38,375 nt of DNA from Eubacteriales bacterium. GTDB lineage: Bacteria; Bacillota; Clostridia; Oscillospirales; CAG-272. Under the pieces are notes generated by a model, which saw only the letters and a program-made list of their open reading frames with translations, was not told where the DNA came from and made no database searches. The translations under genes and the position numbers were made by a program. Positions 26,770 through 34,449 of this stretch are shown in pieces (positions within the stretch are counted from its first letter, which is position 1; each line of letters opens with the position of its first letter). The stretch is taken from positions 1 through 38,375 of the forward strand of contig JAZOMJ010000173.1 in NCBI GenBank assembly GCA_045653865.1, in the 5' to 3' direction.

Positions 26770-29049
26770 TTATTCGGTGCGGAACCAGTAATAGTTGTAG
26801 TAAGTCGATTTCAAATACTGTGCCGCGGTTGCGGGGTTGGATAGGTCGGAGGCGGAGATTGCAATGACTCTTGTTGTATCGTAGTAATACTCACACTCCC
26901 ACCCGTTCGGGTTTGCAAAGGTGACACTCGTCAAAGAGGTGCAATTTTTGAACGCCCAATAGCCAATGCTCGTGACGCTATCGCCAATGGTGACACTCGT
27001 CAAAGAGGTGCATTCAGAGAACGCCCACTCGCCAATGCCTCTTACACCATCGGGAATAGTGATGCTTGTGAGGCGAGAGCAATCGGCAAATGCATAACCG
27101 CCAATCACTTTGGTATCGGGGTGAATTGCGTAAGTGCTCATGTTTTTGTTGGTGACTGCAATCAAAACTGCGTAGGGATTTGTTTCATCGCCAACGTATT
27201 TGCCCAATTCATATTCGGTATAGAGAGCAGAATTACAGCCATCGAACGCACAATCACCAATGCTCGTGACGCTATCGGGGATGGTGACACTCGTCAAAGA
27301 GCGGCAATATTGGAACGCATACTTGCCAATGCTCGTGACGCTATCGGGGATGGTGACACTCGTCAAAGAGTCGCATGAATAGAACGCAGAATTGCCAATG
27401 CTCTTGACGCTGTCGGGGATGGTGATACTCGTCAAAGAGGTGCAATCATAGAACGCAGAATTGCCAATGCTCTTGACGCTATCGCCAATGGTGACACTCG
27501 TCAAAGAGGTGCAAGAATAGAACGCAGCACCGCCAATGCTCGTGACGCTATCGGGGATGGTGACACTCGTCAAAGAGCGACACTCATAGAACGCCATATT
27601 GCCAATGCTCGTGACGCTATCGGGGATGATAACAGATGTAATGGTTTGGTTGCTTTTGAATGCCTCTTGGTAAATCACCCTTACGGGCAAACCGTTGTAC
27701 TCCTCGGCAATGCGCACCTTGGTGGCGGTGCCGTTGTAGGCAATTACCTCGGCATAGGTGCCGTCGGTGGAAATGCCGTAGAAAATGCCCTCGGTTGCAC
27801 CAATTACCATATTACACGCGGTGCAAATGCCGTTATCATCAAGTGTGTGCTCTGCTTTGCCGTTGATAGCAGAACAGAATTGGCATTTGAACCAATGGAA
27901 GCTATTATCGGTAGTGTAAGTGCTTGCAAAGGTATGGTCAGCAATAAGCGTCTCGTTGCAAACCTCTACCTTGCCACAATTTTGACAGGTTTTTGTATCG
28001 TAACCGCCGGCTTGGCAGGTTGCGGGAGTGGTTACCGTTACAAAATTGTGGTCTTCGTATGTTCCCTCTTTCCACTCGATGGCAGAACACTCTGCACAAA
28101 TGCGATAGAACAGCACTTGCTCACAGGAAACAACTTGGCCAAGCGTGTATTCTTTCCACTCGCCAAAGCTATGCACGTGCTCCTCTTTGGGAACAACAAC
28201 GGTTTTTACGCTACCATCGGTGTAGGTAATTACAAAATTGCCGTCTTCGTCAATTTCAATTTTTTCAATGCCTACGCCCTGTTCGCCTTGGTCGCCCTTG
28301 TCACCCTTTTCACCTTGGATGCCTTGGTCGCCCTTGTCGCCCTTTTCACCTTGGATGCCTTGGTCTCCCTTTTCGCCTTGCTCACCTTGGGGACCTACGG
28401 GGCCTTGCTCACCTTGGTCACCCTTGTCACCTTTATCACCCTTATCGCCTTGGTCGCCTTTATCGCCTTTTTCGCCTTGGATGCCTTGCTCACCTTGGGG
28501 ACCTTGCTCACCTTGAGGGCCTTGAATACCCTGCGGTCCTTGAGGTCCTTGCTCACCTTGGACACCTTGTTCTCCTTGCGGTCCTTGGGGGCCTTGCACG
28601 CCACCCTCCGAAGAGCCGCTACCTGCGGGACCTTGAGGACCTTGCACGCCTTGGAGACCTTGCGGTCCTTGAGGACCTTGCACGCCCTGCTCACCTTGAG
28701 GACCTTGAACGCCTTGCGGTCCTTGTGCGCCTTGTGCGCCTTGTGCACCTTGGTCACCCTTTTCGCCCTTTTCACCTTGGATGCCCTGCTCGCCTTGAAC
28801 ACCTTGCTCGCCTTGGTCACCCTTTTCCCCTTGGAGACCTTGCTCACCTTGGTCACCCTTTTCACCTTGGATGCCTTGTTCGCCTTGTTCTCCCTTTTCG
28901 CCTTGGGCTTTTATGTCGGTTTTTTCACCGTTGATGACCCAATAGCCGTCTTCACTGATGTAAATTTCTGTCGGCTTTTGTTCGTTACACGATGCCAACA
29001 CGCATACAACTGCAAGCATCAGTGCAATCACACATAGGATTTTTTTCAT
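26770..29049 (-). CDS. Chimeric surface lipoprotein: collagen-like G-X-Y triple-helix repeats + Cys/His modules + BspA-type leucine-rich repeats
   Basis: Start set at ATG 29049 (RBS AAGGAG). Lipobox [21 protein letters not shown]. About 68 G-X-Y triplets ([12 protein letters not shown]...). Cys/His region HVHSFGEW...CTACN. Nine 23-aa repeats of the type [23 protein letters not shown]. Confidence 0.85.
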   Translation of the reverse strand: MKKILCVIALMLAVVCVLASCNEQKPTEIYISEDGYWVINGEKTDIKAQGEKGEQGEQGIQGEKGDQGEQGLQGEKGDQGEQGVQGEQGIQGEKGEKGDQGAQGAQGAQGPQGVQGPQGEQGVQGPQGPQGLQGVQGPQGPAGSGSSEGGVQGPQGPQGEQGVQGEQGPQGPQGIQGPQGEQGPQGEQGIQGEKGDKGDQGDKGDKGDKGDQGEQGPVGPQGEQGEKGDQGIQGEKGDKGDQGIQGEKGDKGDQGEQGVGIEKIEIDEDGNFVITYTDGSVKTVVVPKEEHVHSFGEWKEYTLGQVVSCEQVLFYRICAECSAIEWKEGTYEDHNFVTVTTPATCQAGGYDTKTCQNCGKVEVCNETLIADHTFASTYTTDNSFHWFKCQFCSAINGKAEHTLDDNGICTACNMVIGATEGIFYGISTDGTYAEVIAYNGTATKVRIAEEYNGLPVRVIYQEAFKSNQTITSVIIPDSVTSIGNMAFYECRSLTSVTIPDSVTSIGGAAFYSCTSLTSVTIGDSVKSIGNSAFYDCTSLTSITIPDSVKSIGNSAFYSCDSLTSVTIPDSVTSIGKYAFQYCRSLTSVTIPDSVTSIGDCAFDGCNSALYTEYELGKYVGDETNPYAVLIAVTNKNMSTYAIHPDTKVIGGYAFADCSRLTSITIPDGVRGIGEWAFSECTSLTSVTIGDSVTSIGYWAFKNCTSLTSVTFANPNGWECEYYYDTTRVIAISASDLSNPATAAQYLKSTYYNYYWFRTE
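26941..27125 (-). repeat. Three tandem 69-bp coding repeats (LRR units, distal block)
   Basis: The motif CCAATGC/CCAATCA recurs at 26963, 27032 and 27101, an exact 69-nt period. Confidence 0.7.
27235..27648 (-). repeat. Six tandem 69-bp coding repeats (LRR units), high nucleotide identity
   Basis: CCAATGCTC(G/T)TGACGCT(A/G)TCG... recurs at 27257, 27326, 27395, 27464, 27533 and 27602, an exact 69-nt period. Long stretches such as GGTGACACTCGTCAAAGAG are identical between units. Confidence 0.85.
28270..28902 (-). repeat. Collagen-like G-X-Y coding repeat (~211 aa, one GSGSSEGG interruption)
   Basis: Strict 9-nt and 3-codon periodicity (CCTTGG/CCTTTT.. on the plus strand). This periodicity creates long artefactual ORFs in other frames on both strands. 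Confidence 0.9.
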
Positions 29050-29081
29050 TTTCCCTTTCTCCTTTTTGATTGTTTTTCGGT

Positions 29082-29115
29082 GAAAATAAAAAGTGCGCCA
29101 ACCGGAGTCGGCGCA
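29082..29115 (-). promoter_or_regulatory. Terminator-like hairpin inside the 5' leader of the collagen/LRR gene
   Basis: On the minus-strand RNA, GTGCGCC-N10-GGCGCAC is followed by TTTTTATTTT, about 30 nt upstream of the RBS. It partly overlaps an alternative 10-bp pairing TTTTTCGGTG / CACCGAAAAA (29112-29121 with 29072-29081). Confidence 0.45.
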
Positions 29116-29139
29116 CCGAAAAACGCAAACCCCAATTGT

Positions 29140-29304
29140 CGCCAAACAAAACTTAACAAGTACAAAGAAAACTCCTTGTTCCCACCAAGCGGAATTTGCA
29201 TTTTTTCCAAATTCGAAATGATGAAAACAAGAAAAGGGTATAGAACCCCCTACATAAAAATAGCGAGTTTTCTTCCATACTTGATTATTAAGTTTTGTTT
29301 GGCG
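29140..29304. repeat. 17-bp perfect inverted repeat pair enclosing ~131 bp
   Basis: CGCCAAACAAAACTTAA (29140-29156) is the exact reverse complement of TTAAGTTTTGTTTGGCG (29288-29304). The pairing is extended by CAAGTA (29157-29162) / TACTTG (29278-29283) after a 4-nt bulge. Confidence 0.85.
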
Positions 29305-29309
29305 TATCC

Positions 29310-29337
29310 ATTATAGCACAAAAAAACCGATTTGTAA
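29310..29337 (-). promoter_or_regulatory. SigmaA promoter with extended -10 for the collagen/LRR gene
   Basis: On the minus strand: TTACAA (rc 29332-29337), 16-nt spacer, TGcTATAAT (rc 29310-29318). The predicted start falls at the outer edge of the distal IR arm. Confidence 0.5.
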
Positions 29338-29442
29338 ATAGTCTACCCAAAAAATGTTTTCATTGCATAAGAATTATTCTCCAAATTTTTATGCAATTAT
29401 TTTTATTTTTTACAAAAAAATCCCCACAAGCGCGTAATTTTA

Positions 29443-29451
29443 TGCTATAAT
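29443..29451 (+). promoter_or_regulatory. Extended -10 element for the GH73-like operon (weak -35)
   Basis: TGcTATAAT at 29443-29451, about 20 nt upstream of the RBS AGGAGGT (29471-29477). The -35 region (CCCACA) is poor. Confidence 0.4.
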
Positions 29452-29485
29452 ATAATTAACTATACTATACAGGAGGTGCGTAGTG

Positions 29486-31693
29486 ATGAACGGCTTCAAA
29501 AAATTTCTACTGGCGTTGGTTTGCGTGATGTTGATTGCTTGTCTCATTGGCGGAGTTGTGTTGGTTGTTAGCGGTAACACTCGCTATTTTGAAGGCGAAG
29601 CGGAAGCATATTATCAAGAACTGCTTGCCATGGGCTTTCCCGAAGATTATGCGCGCCCCTTGACCGAATTACATCTGCTCCACCCCGAATGGATATTCAC
29701 TCCTCTGCACATAACCGAGGGCAATCCTCTTTATCGTTGGGATTACGTTATCCATCAAGAAACCAAGGATGACGACACAAACCTAATTTCGAGTGCAGAG
29801 GACTATAGCGCATATCGTCATCCCATCAATTCTAACACATACGATTCTGGCTACTATCAAGCATCTCGTGAGGCTGTTGAATATTTTATGGATCCCCGCA
29901 ACTTCCTCAACGAAACAGATATTTTTCAGTTTTATGACCTTGCGGTCGCAAGTAGCGTTGGTGTTGACCAAATCGCGGCTGTGCTCGCTGACACGTTTAT
30001 GGAAGATGCCACTCTTGAAAACGGCAAAACCTATGCCGAATATTTCCTTGAAGTTGGAAATGAACTTGGCATCAATCCCGTTTATCTTGCCGTAAAAGCA
30101 CGTCAAGAGCAAGGTGTTGAAGGGCTTTCGCCCGTGCTTGGCGGTGAATGTGGCTCTCTCCTTGCCGAATACTATGCCAACGGTACACAAGAAACCGAAA
30201 GCGGCAGAAAAGTTCTTGCTCCCACCGAAGGTTATACATCGGAAGACTTGCTCACGCTTGATGGATATTACAATCTCTTTAACATCAAGGCGAGCGGAAA
30301 CGGGCTTTTTGCCATTTATCACAATGCAATGAAGCGCGCAACAGAAGGCACCGAACATATGGCTGACGCTTGGAACTCTCCCTCTTGGAACACGCTTTGG
30401 AAATCTTTGTACGGTGGTGCCTATACCATCAAAACAAGCTTTATTGACCGTTATCAAAACACCGTCTACTTGCAAAAGTTTAACGTTGACAGTCGTGCGG
30501 CTGACCGCAACTTTTGGGGGCAATATATGCAAAACGTAGCGGGTTCTTTGACAGAATCTCGCACGCTCTTTAGTGCACTCGCTTCCTCGGGGGTCCTCGA
30601 CGGATATTGCAATTTCCTCATCCCCGTTTATGCGGGTATGCCCTCCACCCCTTGCGCTGACCCTGCAAACGGAAATTGTTCCTATCTTGCAACCGCACCC
30701 AAGAGATATGATAGTGCATCCTTATTTGCACTCCCCATATTGCAAACCGCTACCGAAACCATTTACGATACCATTGAGGTATATGCCGGGGATTCGTTGC
30801 ATCTGCTCGGATTGGTTAGCCATTCCTACGGTGTGAACCGCGTGGAATACCGTTGGGACGGCGGTGAATGGACAACCTTGTGCAAAGGTGGCGCATTTGA
30901 TAGTTTGCTTGAGGTTCCCTATGCAGCAGGTACTTCGCACATTTTAACCCTACGCACCATTGCCGATTACGATCATTCGGACGGTTATAAAAAATCCAAC
31001 TATTCGGTTCTTGCGGCTGTTTTTTATGTGCAAGTCATAGAGCGTCCCGAAATTCAAATTTCGATTACCAATCACGAGGATACGACATCCACCACTCACC
31101 CTGCAGGCACTGCTTTTACGCTCCCTGTTTGTGAAGAAGAAAATTTTCTCGGTTGGTACGGTTCCGATGATACATTTTTTCCATCAGGTGCAATAATTTC
31201 CCCCGAGGAAAACATCACCTTTACGGCACTTTATATGCAACTTGAACAGATGTACGGTGCCGCCTTGGTCTTTTCCAACGACGAAACACATCTTCGCTTT
31301 TATGCCGCCGCTGAAATTGACATCATTGAAAAGCTTTCTGTTTCAAGCGCAAAAATTTCATTTTCGGCAACAGTTGTAGGCGATGATGGATGCGAAGAAA
31401 TTGTCCCCGTTACGTTCAGCGGCATTGAGGATGCTCGCGGCACCTCTTGGCGCATTCTTTCTGCCGAGACCAAGGCGCTTGATGAAAAACTTTACAACCA
31501 AAACTATTCTATGCAATTTTCGGCAGTTTGCACTTACTCGAATGGTAGTGTGCAAACTTCAAACTTCAATGGCATATACTGTCAAAGAAATGCAACACAA
31601 GTTGCAAAAGCCGCACTTGCGGACAAAAACATTCAATATGACAGTAACATTGTTGAGCACTTAACAAAAATTCTCTCTGTTACACCTACTTGA
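29486..31693 (+). CDS. Membrane-anchored putative peptidoglycan hydrolase (GH73-like N-acetylglucosaminidase domain) with long C-terminal beta-rich region
   Basis: N-terminal TM FLLALVCVMLIACLIGGVVLVV. FMDPRNFLNETDIFQFYDL...INPVYLAVKARQEQG...YYNLFNIKA...AWNSPSWNTLWKSLYGGAYTIKTSFIDRYQNTVYLQKFNV resembles glucosaminidase-domain autolysins. ATG 29486 is 8 nt from the RBS and is preferred over GTG 29483. Confidence 0.6.
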   Translation: MNGFKKFLLALVCVMLIACLIGGVVLVVSGNTRYFEGEAEAYYQELLAMGFPEDYARPLTELHLLHPEWIFTPLHITEGNPLYRWDYVIHQETKDDDTNLISSAEDYSAYRHPINSNTYDSGYYQASREAVEYFMDPRNFLNETDIFQFYDLAVASSVGVDQIAAVLADTFMEDATLENGKTYAEYFLEVGNELGINPVYLAVKARQEQGVEGLSPVLGGECGSLLAEYYANGTQETESGRKVLAPTEGYTSEDLLTLDGYYNLFNIKASGNGLFAIYHNAMKRATEGTEHMADAWNSPSWNTLWKSLYGGAYTIKTSFIDRYQNTVYLQKFNVDSRAADRNFWGQYMQNVAGSLTESRTLFSALASSGVLDGYCNFLIPVYAGMPSTPCADPANGNCSYLATAPKRYDSASLFALPILQTATETIYDTIEVYAGDSLHLLGLVSHSYGVNRVEYRWDGGEWTTLCKGGAFDSLLEVPYAAGTSHILTLRTIADYDHSDGYKKSNYSVLAAVFYVQVIERPEIQISITNHEDTTSTTHPAGTAFTLPVCEEENFLGWYGSDDTFFPSGAIISPEENITFTALYMQLEQMYGAALVFSNDETHLRFYAAAEIDIIEKLSVSSAKISFSATVVGDDGCEEIVPVTFSGIEDARGTSWRILSAETKALDEKLYNQNYSMQFSAVCTYSNGSVQTSNFNGIYCQRNATQVAKAALADKNIQYDSNIVEHLTKILSVTPT

Positions 31694-31715
31694 TAGAAAG
31701 GAATCTTTTTTTGCT

Positions 31716-32558
31716 ATGAAAACGCTTGGCTATTACAACGGCAAAATTGACGAGCTTGATAAAATAACAGTCCCCATGCTTGACCGTGCTTCTTATTTTG
31801 GAGACGGTGTTTATGACGTTACGTTTTGCCGCAACTATAAAGTTTATAAACTACATGAGCACGTAGAACGCATCTTTAACAGTGCGGCATTATTGAAAAT
31901 TTACCCTACCATCACCCCGGATGAACTTTGCAAATTGGTTGAGAATCTTGTAAAAAAGCTTGATTCGGATGAGCTTTGGGTGTATTTTCAGTTCTCTCGC
32001 GGAACGGATTTTCGCAATCACGCATTTCCCGAAAATGCAACTCCCAATTTGTGGATTATGCTTCGCCCTTCCCAAATCAAAGATACATACCGCCACCTGC
32101 GTGTCATTACGCGTGACGATACACGTGCTCTGCACTGCAATATAAAATCGCTCAACCTTTTGCCAAGCGTAATGGCTACCCAAGCTTGCGTTGATGCAGG
32201 CGTGGATGAGTGCATTTTGCACCGCAATGGCATTGTAACAGAGTGTGCACATTCTAATGTATCTATTTTGGTAGATGGAACCTTGATTACACATCCTGCA
32301 GACAATCTCATTTTGGCAGGAACCGGACGCGCACACCTGATGGATGCTTGTCGCCATTTTGATATTCCTATTGTGGAACGTTGCTACACTTTGGAGGAAC
32401 TGTTGGCAGCAGATGAAGTCATTTTGACATCTGCATCGGCACTTTGTATGCGCATTGTGGAAGTTGATGGCGTATCGGTGGGTCAAAAAGCACCGCAAAC
32501 ACTTAAAACACTGCAAGATTATCTTTTGGATGATTTCTTGACAGAAACAGCCCAATAA
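31716..32558 (+). CDS. dat: Class IV aminotransferase, D-amino-acid (D-alanine) transaminase-like
   Basis: DRASYFGDGVYDVTFCRNYKVYKLHEHVERIFNSAALL and the catalytic-Lys context CNIKSLNLLPSVMA match Dat/IlvE fold type IV. D-amino-acid specificity is inferred, not proven. Confidence 0.75.
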   Translation: MKTLGYYNGKIDELDKITVPMLDRASYFGDGVYDVTFCRNYKVYKLHEHVERIFNSAALLKIYPTITPDELCKLVENLVKKLDSDELWVYFQFSRGTDFRNHAFPENATPNLWIMLRPSQIKDTYRHLRVITRDDTRALHCNIKSLNLLPSVMATQACVDAGVDECILHRNGIVTECAHSNVSILVDGTLITHPADNLILAGTGRAHLMDACRHFDIPIVERCYTLEELLAADEVILTSASALCMRIVEVDGVSVGQKAPQTLKTLQDYLLDDFLTETAQ

Positions 32559-32589
32559 AATAAAAATCAAGAAAAGGAAGTACCCCGTT

Positions 32590-33573
32590 TTGTCTAACGA
32601 AAAGAAAAATAAATTGTTTGGCTTTTTTGATTACAATCGCGACAATAAAATTGACGCGGTGGAAGAAGATACCACGCCAACAGTAAAAAGATATTTCAAA
32701 CTCCTCGCCCGTCGCTTTTGGAAACTCGTTACTCTAAATTTAATGATGCTACCTCTTATTTTGCCGGCGCTGATTTGCCTCTATCTTTATATCATTATGA
32801 AACAAACTCCCGTGGCAAGTGAAGCTCTCTTCCCACAACTGTTGGGAGCAAGTGCCGTTGGAGGCTCTCCTACAACCACTCTTTTGTTTGATTTGTTTGG
32901 TGCACAACAGAATATGCCCGTTTTTACAACCGGCACCTATATTGGAATGGGCATTTGCATTGCCTTTTTGGTCATTACATTTGGTTGGCAAAATGTTGGT
33001 GCGGCTTACATTGCGCGTAATATGGTGCGCGGTGATGCTGTGTTTGTTTGGTCGGATTACTTTTATGCCATCAAACGAAACCTCAAGCAAGGATTTTTCC
33101 TTGGTTTGATTGATGCCGTTATTATCTTTACACTCGGTTTTGACATTGTGTATTTTTGGGGACGCGGCGGAACATTCACACTTGATTTTGGCTTTTTTGT
33201 AACCATAGCCCTTATCATTATCTATTTTTTGATGCGCTTCTACATCTACCTACTGCTTGTCACCTTTGACCTTTCCATTTATAAGATTCTCAAAAACGCA
33301 TTGATCTTCTCACTCTTGGGCTTCAAACGCAACATCATGGGCGTGCTTGGCATAGTAATGATCACTGCAGTACACATTTCGCTTCTTTTGCTCTTGATTT
33401 CCACTCCTTTGAGCGGACTGCCCATTATTTTGCCTTTCCTTTGGTATATGGCAGCCGTTACCTTCACCACAACCTTTGCAGCATACCCGATTATTGACCG
33501 TTATATGATTGCGCCTTACGTTAATCAAGCGGAAGAGGAAGAAGAAATAACGGAAGAATCCATTGAGGAATAA
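32590..33573 (+). CDS. Polytopic membrane protein, DUF624/YesL-like, with acidic C-terminal tail
   Basis: TTG start 9 nt after AAGGAAG. RRFWKLVTLNLMMLPLILPALI plus about six predicted TM helices. C-terminus NQAEEEEEITEESIEE. The family assignment is tentative. Confidence 0.5.
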   Translation: MSNEKKNKLFGFFDYNRDNKIDAVEEDTTPTVKRYFKLLARRFWKLVTLNLMMLPLILPALICLYLYIIMKQTPVASEALFPQLLGASAVGGSPTTTLLFDLFGAQQNMPVFTTGTYIGMGICIAFLVITFGWQNVGAAYIARNMVRGDAVFVWSDYFYAIKRNLKQGFFLGLIDAVIIFTLGFDIVYFWGRGGTFTLDFGFFVTIALIIIYFLMRFYIYLLLVTFDLSIYKILKNALIFSLLGFKRNIMGVLGIVMITAVHISLLLLLISTPLSGLPIILPFLWYMAAVTFTTTFAAYPIIDRYMIAPYVNQAEEEEEITEESIEE

Positions 33574-33615
33574 AAACATATAAACTTGTTCAATAAAATC
33601 AAAAGGAGAAAGATC

Positions 33616-34377
33616 ATGAAAAAAATCACATCTATCGTTTTATTACTAACTATGCTTTTTACAGCAACTGCTTTTTCGGCCTGCGCTCTGGGACATAAAT
33701 GCAACCCCAGCGAAGTATGGACTGTGGATGACACTTATCATTGGCACAAGTGCTCGGATGGATCCTGCGTGGAAATTTTTGAGAAAGCCGAACACACTTG
33801 GAATAACGGAGAAGTTACTACGGTCGCCACACAAGAAGCCGACGGTGTGAAAACCTTTACCTGCACTGTTTGTAATGCCACAAAAACAGAATCTGTTCCC
33901 TTTACAGGTATGACCAAAGAAGAATGGAACGCCGCATTTGATGAAAAACAGTTTGAAAATTTCACATATACCGAAACCTCTGTTTTGAAAACAACCGGTA
34001 TGCAAATTGAAACCGTCAGCATTTACGCATTTGAAAAAAGCAAAGCGAAAGTAACGGCTACCGTTGCCGGGCAAACGGAATCTCAAAAGCTTTCTGCAAG
34101 CGATACAGCAACCTATCGCTCTGCTTTGTTGGAAAGCATCGAGCCCATGACAAAATTTGAAGATTATCAATATGATGCCGCAACCAAGAGCTATGTACTT
34201 ACAGGTAGCTTTACCATTGTTGCTTTGGGTGTAAAGGCAGATACTGCAACTCTTACGTTTGAGGACGGTAAGCTTGTTGAAATGACCTACACTTGCGTAA
34301 TTGTTGATTCGGGCATTTCCTTTGACGTAACCTCTACCGTTGTTTTCAGCGATTACGGTACTACATCTGTGAACTAA
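33616..34377 (+). CDS. Small lipoprotein with N-terminal Cys/His modules, function unknown
   Basis: Start set at ATG 33616 (RBS AAAGGAG). Signal MKKITSIVLLLTMLFTATAFSAC. Module HKCNPSEVWTVDDTYHWHKCSDGSCVEIFEKAEHTWNNGEVTTVATQEADGVKTFTCTVCNATKTESVP. Confidence 0.65.
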   Translation: MKKITSIVLLLTMLFTATAFSACALGHKCNPSEVWTVDDTYHWHKCSDGSCVEIFEKAEHTWNNGEVTTVATQEADGVKTFTCTVCNATKTESVPFTGMTKEEWNAAFDEKQFENFTYTETSVLKTTGMQIETVSIYAFEKSKAKVTATVAGQTESQKLSASDTATYRSALLESIEPMTKFEDYQYDAATKSYVLTGSFTIVALGVKADTATLTFEDGKLVEMTYTCVIVDSGISFDVTSTVVFSDYGTTSVN

Positions 34378-34392
34378 TTTCAAAATGATAAA

Positions 34393-34422
34393 AAAAGAGA
34401 GTTCCGATTGGAACTCTCTTTT
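34393..34422. terminator. Bidirectional terminator between lipoprotein gene and tsf
   Basis: AAAAGAGAGTTCC (34393-34405) / GGAACTCTCTTTT (34410-34422), with flanking A-runs and T-runs. Confidence 0.75.
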
Positions 34423-34449
34423 TTATTCTCTTTTTATATTGTAGAAGAA

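Noticed and set aside
27646-29037. Plus-strand ORF of 463 aa and other long ORFs (28238..28516 +, 28395..28865 -, 28725..28934 +) across the collagen region
   Set aside because: These are artefacts of the strict 9-nt G-X-Y periodicity, which keeps several frames open. Only the minus frame with an RBS, a lipobox and LRR domains is coherent.
29157-29287. Searched the IR-enclosed segment for an internal promoter, which is the classical inverton layout
   Set aside because: I found no convincing -35/-10 pair on either strand inside the segment. If the segment inverts, it more likely acts through leader structure (as in cwpV or flgB) than by flipping a promoter. The inverton hypothesis is therefore kept only in that form.
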